From positions 1 to 44,358 of the forward strand of contig CBIHQM010000001.1 of the NCBI GenBank assembly GCA_966211885.1: DNA of 44,358 bases, in the 5' to 3' direction. The stretch is from an uncultured Chryseolinea sp. (GTDB lineage: Bacteria > Bacteroidota > Bacteroidia > Cytophagales > Cyclobacteriaceae). Positions 26,012 to 34,936 of the stretch are shown one piece after another. The notes below the pieces were generated by a model, which was not told the origin of the DNA, ran no database searches, and saw only the letters and a list, made by a program, of their open reading frames with translations. The number at the start of each line of letters is the position of its first letter. The stretch's first letter is position 1. A program made the translations under genes and the position numbers.

Positions 26012-27424
26012 ATGAAATTGTATCTGTATTTTCTGTTGATCGTTGCCCTGGCAACAACCGGCATCACCAGCCAAGCCCAACCCGGGGGGGCTACACGCCG
26101 CCCGAACGTTGTGCTTATCCTGGCCGATGACCTGGGATACGGTGATTTGTCATCCTTTGGCTCCCCGGGATGGCAAACCCCCAACATCGACAAACTGGCT
26201 GCCGAGGGCGCCAAGCTCACACACTTCTACACGCCCACACCCTATTGCGCACCCACGCGGGCTTCGCTGCTCACGGGCCGGTATCCCTTGCGACATGGCC
26301 TCATTCTCAATCCCAACCCGGAGAAAGTAAACAGCAGCTTTCAAACCTTCCGCGGCGGCGACGACATTGGGATCGGGGATGATCAATTATTGTTGAGTGA
26401 GGTCTTCAAGACGTCTGGCTATGCCACGAAGATCATCGGCAAGTGGCACCTCGGCCACAAACCCCAGTTCTTTCCCACGCGTCACGGCTTCGATGAATAT
26501 TTTGGCATTCCCTACTCCAACGATATGCGACCGGTATTGCTGATGGAAAACGAAAAGGTCGTGGAGTACCCCGTTGTCCAGACCACGCTCACCAAGCGCT
26601 ACACGCAAGCCGCCGTGTCGTTCATCGATCAACACAAAGACAAACCCTTCTTTCTGTATCTCCCCCAGGCGATGCCACACAAACCGCTGAGCCCTTCGGA
26701 AGAATTTTATACCCCGCAAACGAAAGACGATCTGTATGCCGACGCGATGCGTGAGTTGGATTGGTCGGTAGGAGAGGTCCTGAAAAAGCTAGCCGAAGCG
26801 CACCTGGAAGAAAACACGATCGTCATCTTCCTCTCTGACAACGGCCCCTGGTTTGGTGGCTCCACGGGTGGACTGCGCGGCATGAAGTCGCAGAACTGGG
26901 AGGGAGGCATACGCGTGCCGCTGTTGGTGAAATGGAAAGCACACATCGCGCCAGGGCACGTGAGCGCTGAGGTCGCGGGTGTGATCGACCTGTTTCCTAC
27001 ACTCGTAAAAGCAGCAGGATTGACGCTTCCGAAAGATCACTTGTTGGATGGCCGCGACATTTTTAGCCTGTTCACCTCCTCTGCGAAATCGCCGCATGAA
27101 GCACTGTTCTCTTTTTACAATGACAAACTGCAAACCGTGCGCAGCGGAAAATGGAAGCTCCACCTGTTGTCGCCGGAGTCGGCGCAGTTGCCCTCCGATG
27201 AAAGTTGGATCGACCCGCGGCTTCCCGATGGCGTGACGCTGCTTGCGCCCTTCGAGCAGCCTAAAGCAACCCGCTTTCCGGGTGTTAAGACGGGCACACC
27301 CGCTATAGCGGGATTGTTGTTCGACCTGGAGACCGACCCCGCAGAACAGCATGACGTAGCCGCCGAGCATCCCGACATCGTGCAGCAACTGAAAGCAAAG
27401 GCCGCGGCCTATCGCTTCAAATAG
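26012..27424 (+). CDS. Sulfatase (Cys-type, arylsulfatase A-like)
   Basis: LADDLGYGDL, CAPTRASLLTGRY, GKWHLG, GIPYSNDM and SDNGPW. Confidence 0.93.
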   Translation: MKLYLYFLLIVALATTGITSQAQPGGATRRPNVVLILADDLGYGDLSSFGSPGWQTPNIDKLAAEGAKLTHFYTPTPYCAPTRASLLTGRYPLRHGLILNPNPEKVNSSFQTFRGGDDIGIGDDQLLLSEVFKTSGYATKIIGKWHLGHKPQFFPTRHGFDEYFGIPYSNDMRPVLLMENEKVVEYPVVQTTLTKRYTQAAVSFIDQHKDKPFFLYLPQAMPHKPLSPSEEFYTPQTKDDLYADAMRELDWSVGEVLKKLAEAHLEENTIVIFLSDNGPWFGGSTGGLRGMKSQNWEGGIRVPLLVKWKAHIAPGHVSAEVAGVIDLFPTLVKAAGLTLPKDHLLDGRDIFSLFTSSAKSPHEALFSFYNDKLQTVRSGKWKLHLLSPESAQLPSDESWIDPRLPDGVTLLAPFEQPKATRFPGVKTGTPAIAGLLFDLETDPAEQHDVAAEHPDIVQQLKAKAAAYRFK

Positions 27425-27482
27425 AAAGTGAGACCGCTAGAAATGAATTGTTAAAAGAATATAAAACCCTAATCAAACAAAT

Positions 27483-28481
27483 ATGAAAAAGTACGGAATC
27501 CTGCTCTTGCTCCTCGTGAGCGTTTCGTTAGCCTTCGGGCAGCAAAAAGAAAGCGGTGTCGTGAAAATTCGCGGTACACGCCTGGCCTATCCGTTGATCA
27601 ATAAATGGATAGAAGAATTTAAAAAAGTGTACCCCAACATCCAGGTCTCCATCGCCCCGTCTGCTCCGGCCGATAGCATCGACTTTTCGATTGCCGCCTA
27701 CGCACTAACCGATAAAGAGTTGACCGAGACCCGCGGCGGCGTGGCCTTTACGCGCTATGTGCAGTTGCCAGTGGCCAACAGCAAACGTCCCGATCTCGCG
27801 CAATTGCAGGCGCGCGGTTTCAGTGAAGCCGATTTTAGAAAATTGTACTTCACCCCGGAAACGCCAACGTTCTTTGCGTCGTCACAAAATCCTTCGCCCA
27901 TCACGTTGTACACCCGCGAAAAACCCGCATGTGCTGCAAAAACCTTTGCCGCCCATTTCGATCACGACCCCAAAGCCATACAGGGCGTGGGTGTGAAAGG
28001 CGACGACCAGGATCTGGCGAAGGCAGTGAAGTCGGATGTGAACGGGATCTCGTTCAATAACCTCGGCTTCATCTATGATGTCAACACCCGCAAGGTGGTG
28101 GATGGCCTGGCGGTCATTCCCTTGGATTTGAATGAGAACGGCAAAGTGGACAAAGAAGAACAACTGTATGGTTCACTCGACGAGGTGATCGCCTATGTTG
28201 AGAAAACGAACAACAATAAGTTCGTGACCGAAAATGTAAACTTCCTGTTCAACAAAAACTCGTCGAATGTAGCGGCGGGCATTTTCCTGCACTGGGCACT
28301 CACCCAAGGTCAGCAATTCAGCCACGCGCTGGGCTTCCTGGCGTTCGACGATCAAACGCTGCAAGCACAACGCACGCTTGCCTCCGCTACCTTCAAGACC
28401 CTTTCGGTTTCCTCGTGCGAAGGTGCCGACGACCTGATGAAAACGCGTCGCTCGACCAAGACGGCCCGCAACAATCCTTAA
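27483..28481 (+). CDS. Periplasmic substrate-binding protein, PstS-like fold, paralogue of 7425..8357
   Basis: IRGTRLAYPLINKWIEEF, LPVANS, LYTRE, YDVNTRK and DLNENGKVDKEE, all co-linear with the first copy. Confidence 0.78.
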   Translation: MKKYGILLLLLVSVSLAFGQQKESGVVKIRGTRLAYPLINKWIEEFKKVYPNIQVSIAPSAPADSIDFSIAAYALTDKELTETRGGVAFTRYVQLPVANSKRPDLAQLQARGFSEADFRKLYFTPETPTFFASSQNPSPITLYTREKPACAAKTFAAHFDHDPKAIQGVGVKGDDQDLAKAVKSDVNGISFNNLGFIYDVNTRKVVDGLAVIPLDLNENGKVDKEEQLYGSLDEVIAYVEKTNNNKFVTENVNFLFNKNSSNVAAGIFLHWALTQGQQFSHALGFLAFDDQTLQAQRTLASATFKTLSVSSCEGADDLMKTRRSTKTARNNP

Positions 28482-28509
28482 GAAATTGATTACCTTAGTC
28501 AGACACCCC

Positions 28510-29373
28510 ATGAAACTTTCATACAAAAAGAATAGGCTGACGGTGGCCCTTTTGCCGTTGGTGATCCTGTCGGGATCGGTTCTTTTCTTTGCCTTTACGC
28601 GGCTCGAAACAAAAGATATGGCGCTCGTCAAGGGCGGAGTGCTTTACACCACCGATCCGGTAACCAAAGCCAACAAGGAAGTGAAGATCAGATCTTTCTT
28701 GCTGGATAAAAACCTGGTGACCGTAGCGCAGTTCGACGAATTCGTGAACGCCACCCACTACGTCACCGAAGCGCAACGATTTGGTAACGGCGGTGTGTTC
28801 GACAACGATGCCCACGGATGGACGTTGATTGATGGTGCCGACTATCACTACCCGTTTGGAAGAGACAAACCCAAGGCACAACCCACACATCCGGTGACAC
28901 AAGTCTCCTGGAACGACGCCGTAGCCTATGCGAAGTGGAAGGGCAAGAGGCTACCCACGCAATGGGAGTGGGAACACGCCGCAAAGAACGGCGAGAACTC
29001 GCGACAACAATACACCTGGGGACAAGACCTGGTCGTAGCCGGCAAATACAAAGCCAACACCTGGCAAGGGAGTTTCCCTTCTTACAACACAGTGGAAGAC
29101 GGCTATGCCGCAACGTCACCGGTAGGCGCCTTTGGTGCAAATAAACTCGGCCTCACCGACATGGGGGGCAACGTATGGCAATGGTGCTCCGACGACATCC
29201 TGCCCCAGGGCCGCGACGCCGAAATGGATCCTGCGATGCGCAAGGTCACACGGGGAGGTTCTTTTCTGTGCGATCCCATGGTGTGTCATGGCTTCCAGGT
29301 AACGGGCCGGTCATCGTCAACGCCCGAATCGTCAATGGTGCACATCGGCTTTCGATGTGCGAAGGATATCTGA
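28510..29373 (+). CDS. Formylglycine-generating enzyme (SUMF1/FGE family)
   Basis: HPVTQVSWNDAVAYAKW, RLPTQWEWEHAA, DMGGNVWQW, RGGSFLCDPMVC (both catalytic Cys present) and HIGFRC. Confidence 0.9.
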   Translation: MKLSYKKNRLTVALLPLVILSGSVLFFAFTRLETKDMALVKGGVLYTTDPVTKANKEVKIRSFLLDKNLVTVAQFDEFVNATHYVTEAQRFGNGGVFDNDAHGWTLIDGADYHYPFGRDKPKAQPTHPVTQVSWNDAVAYAKWKGKRLPTQWEWEHAAKNGENSRQQYTWGQDLVVAGKYKANTWQGSFPSYNTVEDGYAATSPVGAFGANKLGLTDMGGNVWQWCSDDILPQGRDAEMDPAMRKVTRGGSFLCDPMVCHGFQVTGRSSSTPESSMVHIGFRCAKDI

Positions 29374-29404
29374 TCATTTAACTTTTCTTTTCTGCAACCC
29401 TGCT

Positions 29405-31036
29405 ATGAACAAACGCTTTGTCACCGCTATTCTTATTTTGTTGTCCTGCGCTTTTGCACAAGCACAGAAAACCCCGCCGCCCAACCTGATCCTGATCATG
29501 GTCGACGACATGGGCTATTCCGATCTCGGCGCCTACGGATCGGAGATCCAAACACCCACGCTGGACAAGCTGGCCGCGGAAGGCATACGCTTTCGTGAAT
29601 TTTATAACAATTCCATTTGCGCACCCACGCGGGCTTCCTTGCTGACGGGCCAATATCCACACCGCGCCGGTATGGGCTTCTTCGATGTGAACCTCGGGTT
29701 GCCGGCGTATCAGGGGTTCCTCAACAAAGAATCGCTCACGCTTGCTGAAGTACTAAAAGCCAACGGCTACAGCACCTTGATGTCGGGCAAATCGCATTTG
29801 GGCAAGGACAGCCTGGCGTGGCCGAACCAGCGCGGCTTCGATCAGTTCTACGGATTCATCCCCGGCGCCAGCGACTATTTTGATATTGGTAATTATGGAA
29901 AGGCCGACCCGGTGATCCTGGTCAGGAACAACAAGAAGGAAAAGTTGAAGCCCGGCGAATACCTCACCAACACGATCACCGACAACGCGCTGGAATTTTT
30001 GACCGAACAAAACAAACAGAACAAACCATTCTTTTTATACCTCGCTTTCAACGCGCCACACTGGCCGCTACAGGCGTTGCCCGAGGACATCGCGAAGTAC
30101 AAGGGTCGTTATGACATCGGATGGGATTCCTTGCGACAGCAACGCATCGCTCGTCAAAGAGACCTGGGCATTTTGCAGGCGGGTCAACGCGTGGCCGATC
30201 GCGATCCCGACGTGCCGGTGTGGGACAATCTCACCTACGATCAGAAACAACTTTGGAAAGCCAAGATGGAAGTGTATGCTGCCATGCTCGACCGCGTAGA
30301 CCAAAACATAGCAAGGGTGTTGAACAAATTGAAGGAACTGAAAAAAGACGACAATACCCTCATCGTTTTCATTTCCGACAACGGAGCACAAGGCGGTTAT
30401 TCCGGCAATGCCCGCAAGCCAACGCGCAACTCAGGCCCGATCGGCACGGCCGGTTCATACGATTACCAGGAACAACCCTGGGCCAACGTGAGCAACACAC
30501 CGTTTCGTCAGTATAAGAACAACATGCACGAAGGTGGCATCAGTTCGCCGTTCATCGCCTGGTATCCCAAAAAGATCAAAGCCGGCACACTGGTGAAAGG
30601 CACAGGGCACCTCATCGACATCGCGCCGACTTTTTATGAATTGGCAAGAGCGACCTATCCGGCCAACTATCACAACGTAAAATCCAATCCACTGGTCGGC
30701 AAGAGCCTCACGCCGGTTCTGTTTGGACAAGCTACGGAAGTGAATCGCGGCGAGCCGCTCTTCTGGGAGCGCGCTGGCAACCGCGCGGTTCATAAAGGAA
30801 AATGGAAACTGGTATCTACTTTTCCAAGCTACACCTGGGAACTCTACGACCTGGAAGCAGACCGCGGAGAGACCACCGATGTGGCCGCGAAATTTCCTGC
30901 AGTGGTTAACGAACTATCGGTGGAATATTTCCAGTGGGCGGAACGGACCGGCGTGGTGGACTATGATAAGATCAAGCCCGCACAGCCAATGAACATCCCA
31001 GGCCAAAGCGCGCCGGTAAGGACAAAAGGGAATTAA
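29405..31036 (+). CDS. Arylsulfatase (Cys-type, AtsA-like), paralogue of 19458..21098
   Basis: MVDDMGYSDLG, CAPTRASLLTG, APHWPLQA and WANVSNTPF. The ATG at 29405 gives a signal peptide. Confidence 0.92.
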   Translation: MNKRFVTAILILLSCAFAQAQKTPPPNLILIMVDDMGYSDLGAYGSEIQTPTLDKLAAEGIRFREFYNNSICAPTRASLLTGQYPHRAGMGFFDVNLGLPAYQGFLNKESLTLAEVLKANGYSTLMSGKSHLGKDSLAWPNQRGFDQFYGFIPGASDYFDIGNYGKADPVILVRNNKKEKLKPGEYLTNTITDNALEFLTEQNKQNKPFFLYLAFNAPHWPLQALPEDIAKYKGRYDIGWDSLRQQRIARQRDLGILQAGQRVADRDPDVPVWDNLTYDQKQLWKAKMEVYAAMLDRVDQNIARVLNKLKELKKDDNTLIVFISDNGAQGGYSGNARKPTRNSGPIGTAGSYDYQEQPWANVSNTPFRQYKNNMHEGGISSPFIAWYPKKIKAGTLVKGTGHLIDIAPTFYELARATYPANYHNVKSNPLVGKSLTPVLFGQATEVNRGEPLFWERAGNRAVHKGKWKLVSTFPSYTWELYDLEADRGETTDVAAKFPAVVNELSVEYFQWAERTGVVDYDKIKPAQPMNIPGQSAPVRTKGN

Positions 31037-31130
31037 AGAACAACGCTCTGGGTGACATCACGTCGCGGCGTTTTACGGCGACGCCGAATCGGTATTTTCA
31101 TTATATTTCCATACCGATAACCCTCAACGT

Positions 31131-33926
31131 ATGCGCCGCGTTTTCTTTGGAACATTCTGCTCCATGCTTTTTGCAGGCACGGCCATTGCCCAGCCGAGCG
31201 GCATCCGGGGGAAGGTGATCGACGAGGATACGAAGGAACCCCTTCCATTTTCCAGTGTATACATCAACCAGACCACCATGGGTACCTACACGGATGCCAG
31301 TGGAGACTTCGTGCTGCCGTTGGCGCCGGGCGACCATGAAGTGGTGGTGTCGTTTGTAGGCTACAAGCCGCATCAAACTTTCGTGCACGTAACAGAAGGT
31401 CCGCTTCAATACATGCGGTTCTCGCTAACCGCCACGACGTTGAAAGAGGTTGAGGTGAACACAACAAAAGACACGGAATGGCCAAAGCAATTGGCCAAGT
31501 TCACAAAACTATTTCTCGGCACTGGGCGACAGGTATCCCAAACCAAAATATTGAACCCCTGGCGCCTCGAATTTTCCGAAGGTAAGAACGGTATGCTTAA
31601 CGCTTCCTGCCCCGTACCTCTCCAGATCGAGAATCTGAACCTCGGCTATATGCTCACCTACGACCTCCGGAATTTTGCCGTGAGTCCCAAGCAGTATGTC
31701 ATCGCCGGCTATGTGCGTTACACCGAGATTGAAACGACGGACTCGGTACTGATAAAGCGCTGGCAGAAAAATCGCGACGCCGTCTACAAAGGATCGGTCC
31801 GTCATCTCCTGGCGTCGCTGGTGGCCGGAACTGCAAAGGACGAAGATTTCAACCTCTTCCGGGATAACGCCAAGGCAACCGACGCACGCAATGCAACCTT
31901 CATGGGCAACGTGGATTGGCTGGTCAACATCTTTAAGACCGACAGCATTGTCAAGCCCGCCAAGACACCCGGATGGTATACAGTAAAGTTGCCGCCACGC
32001 CTCGAGATACACTACGCCCATAAAGCCACCGTCGCCAAAGTATACAAAGACATTCCTTATCCCGTGAGTTGGATTGAGGTGAAGGGTGGATCGCTGGAAG
32101 TCAACGCCGACGGCATTGTATCGAACCCGGCAAGACTAACGGTGTTGGGCGAGATGGCCGATGCCCGTGTGGCCCAAACGCTGCCCGCCGACTACCGACC
32201 CCAGAAGACCACGCCGCACCATAAAAAGATATTGCCCAACATCGCAGGCCGCCTCGCCGTGCTCGCCGAGATGCCCTACTTGCATACCGACCGCTCTTAT
32301 TATTATCCGGGCGAAACGATGTGGTTCAGCGCGCACATGCACTATTATTCGCCGCCTATGCGCGATTCGCTGAGCCGCGTCTTGTACACCGACCTCGTCG
32401 AACCTTCCGGCAAGGTCGTCATGACCCGGATATTTCCGCTTTCACGTGATGGAGGTGTCGGGCAAATTGAACTTCCGCGTACATTGAAGAAAGGGAATTA
32501 CCAGCTTCGGGCCTACACGCGGTGGATGTTGAACTTCGACAAGCAATTTGTTTTTGTAAAACCGATCCGCATCCTCGATGAACAAGAATGGGTGCACTAT
32601 CCGAAAACGGAATGGGAGGCAGATACCACCAATGTGATCGTACAAACCGACCAGGAAGAATATCATACGCGCGATAAAATCACCGTCACGCTAAGGGTCA
32701 CACCTTCCGAATTGCACTTAGCAACGGGGTTGTCAGTGTCAGTGACCGACCTGGACCAGGCGGTGCCCGCCACCAATGAGACCACTATTCTTTCGGCCCA
32801 AATGCCGGAGGTGGTCATGCCCGATACCCTCGAACGGAAGACCATGTATCCCATTCAATATGGCATCGATATCAAAGGACGCTTCACGACCAATCGCGGC
32901 AAAGCGGAAGCGGGGTTGCTCATCTTTACGCAAAAAGCATCCAAAGACGTGTTCACCGTCGACACCGACGAAGTTGGAAATTTTTATGTGCCGGATTTGC
33001 TACTCTACGACACCGCGAAAATTTCCGTCCATCCTAAGACAGCCGGCGGAGGCCGTGGCGGAAAAGTGATCGTAGACACCTTGGGTGTGTCCGCGCCACC
33101 AACGCCGTCTGATACCCTTGGCATCGATGTCTATCGCGAGACGACCACGCGCTTGCGCGACCACGCCATGAACAAGCAAACCCGGGTGTTGAAAGAAGTG
33201 GTGGTGACCAGCACGCGCATCGCCGACACTGCGCCAACGCGGCTGGGGTTTGCCGATGTTTCGGTGGATGGAGAATTTTTCAGATCATCCGGTTTTATCG
33301 ATATGCTCTCGGCCTTGCAAAGCCGGGTGCCCGGGTTGCACATCATCGCTTTTCTCGGGGCCGACTCCTATCCTAAGAAGTATATTGTCTTTAGTGGGTC
33401 TTCGACGTTGCAGGGATCGCCCGAAGCGAAAGAACCCGTGGTGCTCATCGACGGTCTTGTCGTCAATGCCGGCGATGGGGGAACGGCCGATCGCATATCC
33501 CAACTCAACCCCAATGAAATCGACCGCATCGAAGTCACCAAGTTTGGCAATGGCGCAGCCTACGGCGCCCGCGGTGGCAATGGCGTGATTGCCATCTACA
33601 CGCGCAACACGTATAAGGTAAAAGGCAAAACGCGCGCGCCGCTGTACAAAGAGGAGAAATTGGTAACGCTGAACATACACGGCTATGCCGCGCCGCGAAA
33701 TTTTACGGCCCCCGATCATTCCGTTGGCGGCGATGTTCAAGGCGTGCCGGACTATCGGGCCACACTCTGCTGGAAACCGTTGGTGGTGATGGACGAACAT
33801 AACCAGGCCACCATAACCTTCTTTGCCGCCGACCTGCCCACGCGCTACCGCATCGTGGCGGAAGGATTTACAGCCGATGGTTTGCCGGTGCGCGGGGAAA
33901 AGATCATCACCGTCAAGGATCGCTAG
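31131..33926 (+). CDS. Carboxypeptidase-regulatory-like + MG2-like + TonB plug-domain protein (no beta-barrel)
   Basis: GKVIDEDTKEPLPFSSVYI (N-terminal domain), YLHTDRSYYYPGETMWF (MG2-like), IDRIEVTK…AAYGARGGNGVIAIYTR (plug) and a C-terminal DYRATLCWKP. Confidence 0.78.
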   Translation: MRRVFFGTFCSMLFAGTAIAQPSGIRGKVIDEDTKEPLPFSSVYINQTTMGTYTDASGDFVLPLAPGDHEVVVSFVGYKPHQTFVHVTEGPLQYMRFSLTATTLKEVEVNTTKDTEWPKQLAKFTKLFLGTGRQVSQTKILNPWRLEFSEGKNGMLNASCPVPLQIENLNLGYMLTYDLRNFAVSPKQYVIAGYVRYTEIETTDSVLIKRWQKNRDAVYKGSVRHLLASLVAGTAKDEDFNLFRDNAKATDARNATFMGNVDWLVNIFKTDSIVKPAKTPGWYTVKLPPRLEIHYAHKATVAKVYKDIPYPVSWIEVKGGSLEVNADGIVSNPARLTVLGEMADARVAQTLPADYRPQKTTPHHKKILPNIAGRLAVLAEMPYLHTDRSYYYPGETMWFSAHMHYYSPPMRDSLSRVLYTDLVEPSGKVVMTRIFPLSRDGGVGQIELPRTLKKGNYQLRAYTRWMLNFDKQFVFVKPIRILDEQEWVHYPKTEWEADTTNVIVQTDQEEYHTRDKITVTLRVTPSELHLATGLSVSVTDLDQAVPATNETTILSAQMPEVVMPDTLERKTMYPIQYGIDIKGRFTTNRGKAEAGLLIFTQKASKDVFTVDTDEVGNFYVPDLLLYDTAKISVHPKTAGGGRGGKVIVDTLGVSAPPTPSDTLGIDVYRETTTRLRDHAMNKQTRVLKEVVVTSTRIADTAPTRLGFADVSVDGEFFRSSGFIDMLSALQSRVPGLHIIAFLGADSYPKKYIVFSGSSTLQGSPEAKEPVVLIDGLVVNAGDGGTADRISQLNPNEIDRIEVTKFGNGAAYGARGGNGVIAIYTRNTYKVKGKTRAPLYKEEKLVTLNIHGYAAPRNFTAPDHSVGGDVQGVPDYRATLCWKPLVVMDEHNQATITFFAADLPTRYRIVAEGFTADGLPVRGEKIITVKDR

Positions 33927-34120
33927 CAGGGGCAACGGCTCCCCCGGTCTCGACCTAAACCAACCCAAAAAGCATCATTCTGACAGGACAGCCTCCCGAG
34001 AATGGGGGGTATGCCCCGGGGGCTCCACCGCACCACCCCAAAACTCCATCAACGCCCTTGGTAGACGCTTTGAATCTTTCCCGTTTTCCAGTACTTTTAT
34101 TAACTATTGGCCGGACCCGC

Positions 34121-34663
34121 GTGAAAAGACTCTTCTCGATATTGTTCTCCATCCTCATCCTCATTCATGTGATCGGGTACTATGGCCTGTTTTGGGGGCT
34201 TACCTACCAGAACGAGCAGGCGATGATCGAAAAGCTGGATGCCGAGGAATACACGCCATCCGAAACCATCCTCATTAAAATTCCCATTGCTATTCCCTAC
34301 ATGGCCGATGCCAGCCGCTTCGAGCGTGTAGACGGAACGTTTGAACGCGAAGGCGAATTTTATCGCCTGGTGAAACAACGCTATTCGCGCGATACGCTTT
34401 TCATGGTGTGCGTGAAAGATCAACAACGCAAATCCATAGAGGAAACCCTGGCCAGCTTTGTAAAAACGTTCACGGGAAAACCGGCGAATGCGCACGGCGG
34501 GGCCAAGGCACTGCCCACACTCATCAAAGATTATGTAGCACAAACGTTCGCCATTCATTCCGTATCCCCGGGCTGGGCGCACAAGGTTGTAAAAGCGACG
34601 CCGGTGATTTTGCCGACGTCCGATCATTATCCCTCCATCATCCATCCGCCTGAGCGCGGCTGA
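34121..34663 (+). CDS. Hypothetical membrane-anchored protein ending in IIHPPERG
   Basis: The GTG start at 34121 gives MKRLFSILFSILILIHVIG (TM). Central EGEFYRLVKQRYSRDTLFMVC and a C-terminal HPP motif. Confidence 0.7.
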   Translation: MKRLFSILFSILILIHVIGYYGLFWGLTYQNEQAMIEKLDAEEYTPSETILIKIPIAIPYMADASRFERVDGTFEREGEFYRLVKQRYSRDTLFMVCVKDQQRKSIEETLASFVKTFTGKPANAHGGAKALPTLIKDYVAQTFAIHSVSPGWAHKVVKATPVILPTSDHYPSIIHPPERG

Positions 34664-34936
34664 TCCTCTCAAATTCTCTTTGTAGAATTTACGAACTGTC
34701 CGTTCTAAAAAAGGAAGGGCATGCCTGTGTGTTACGTTTTGTTCAAAAACAACATGGCGCGTTGGCATGCAGGCTTCTGTTGATCGGATAAAAACCATCC
34801 GTCTTTTTTAGTTTCTCGTCACGCTTGGCTTCACCACGCAAGGCCTGCCCTGCAGCGTTGGTTTGGGGTGACGCGAACCTGATCAGCCGGGTGATCCTAT
34901 GATCCTTACCCTCGCGTACCCGGAACTAACCAAACT

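Noticed and set aside
8394..31036. Classical sulfated-polysaccharide PUL
   Set aside because: No recognisable glycoside hydrolase, lyase, sugar kinase or PUL-type regulator, and the regulatory and compositional signals point to sulfur status instead.
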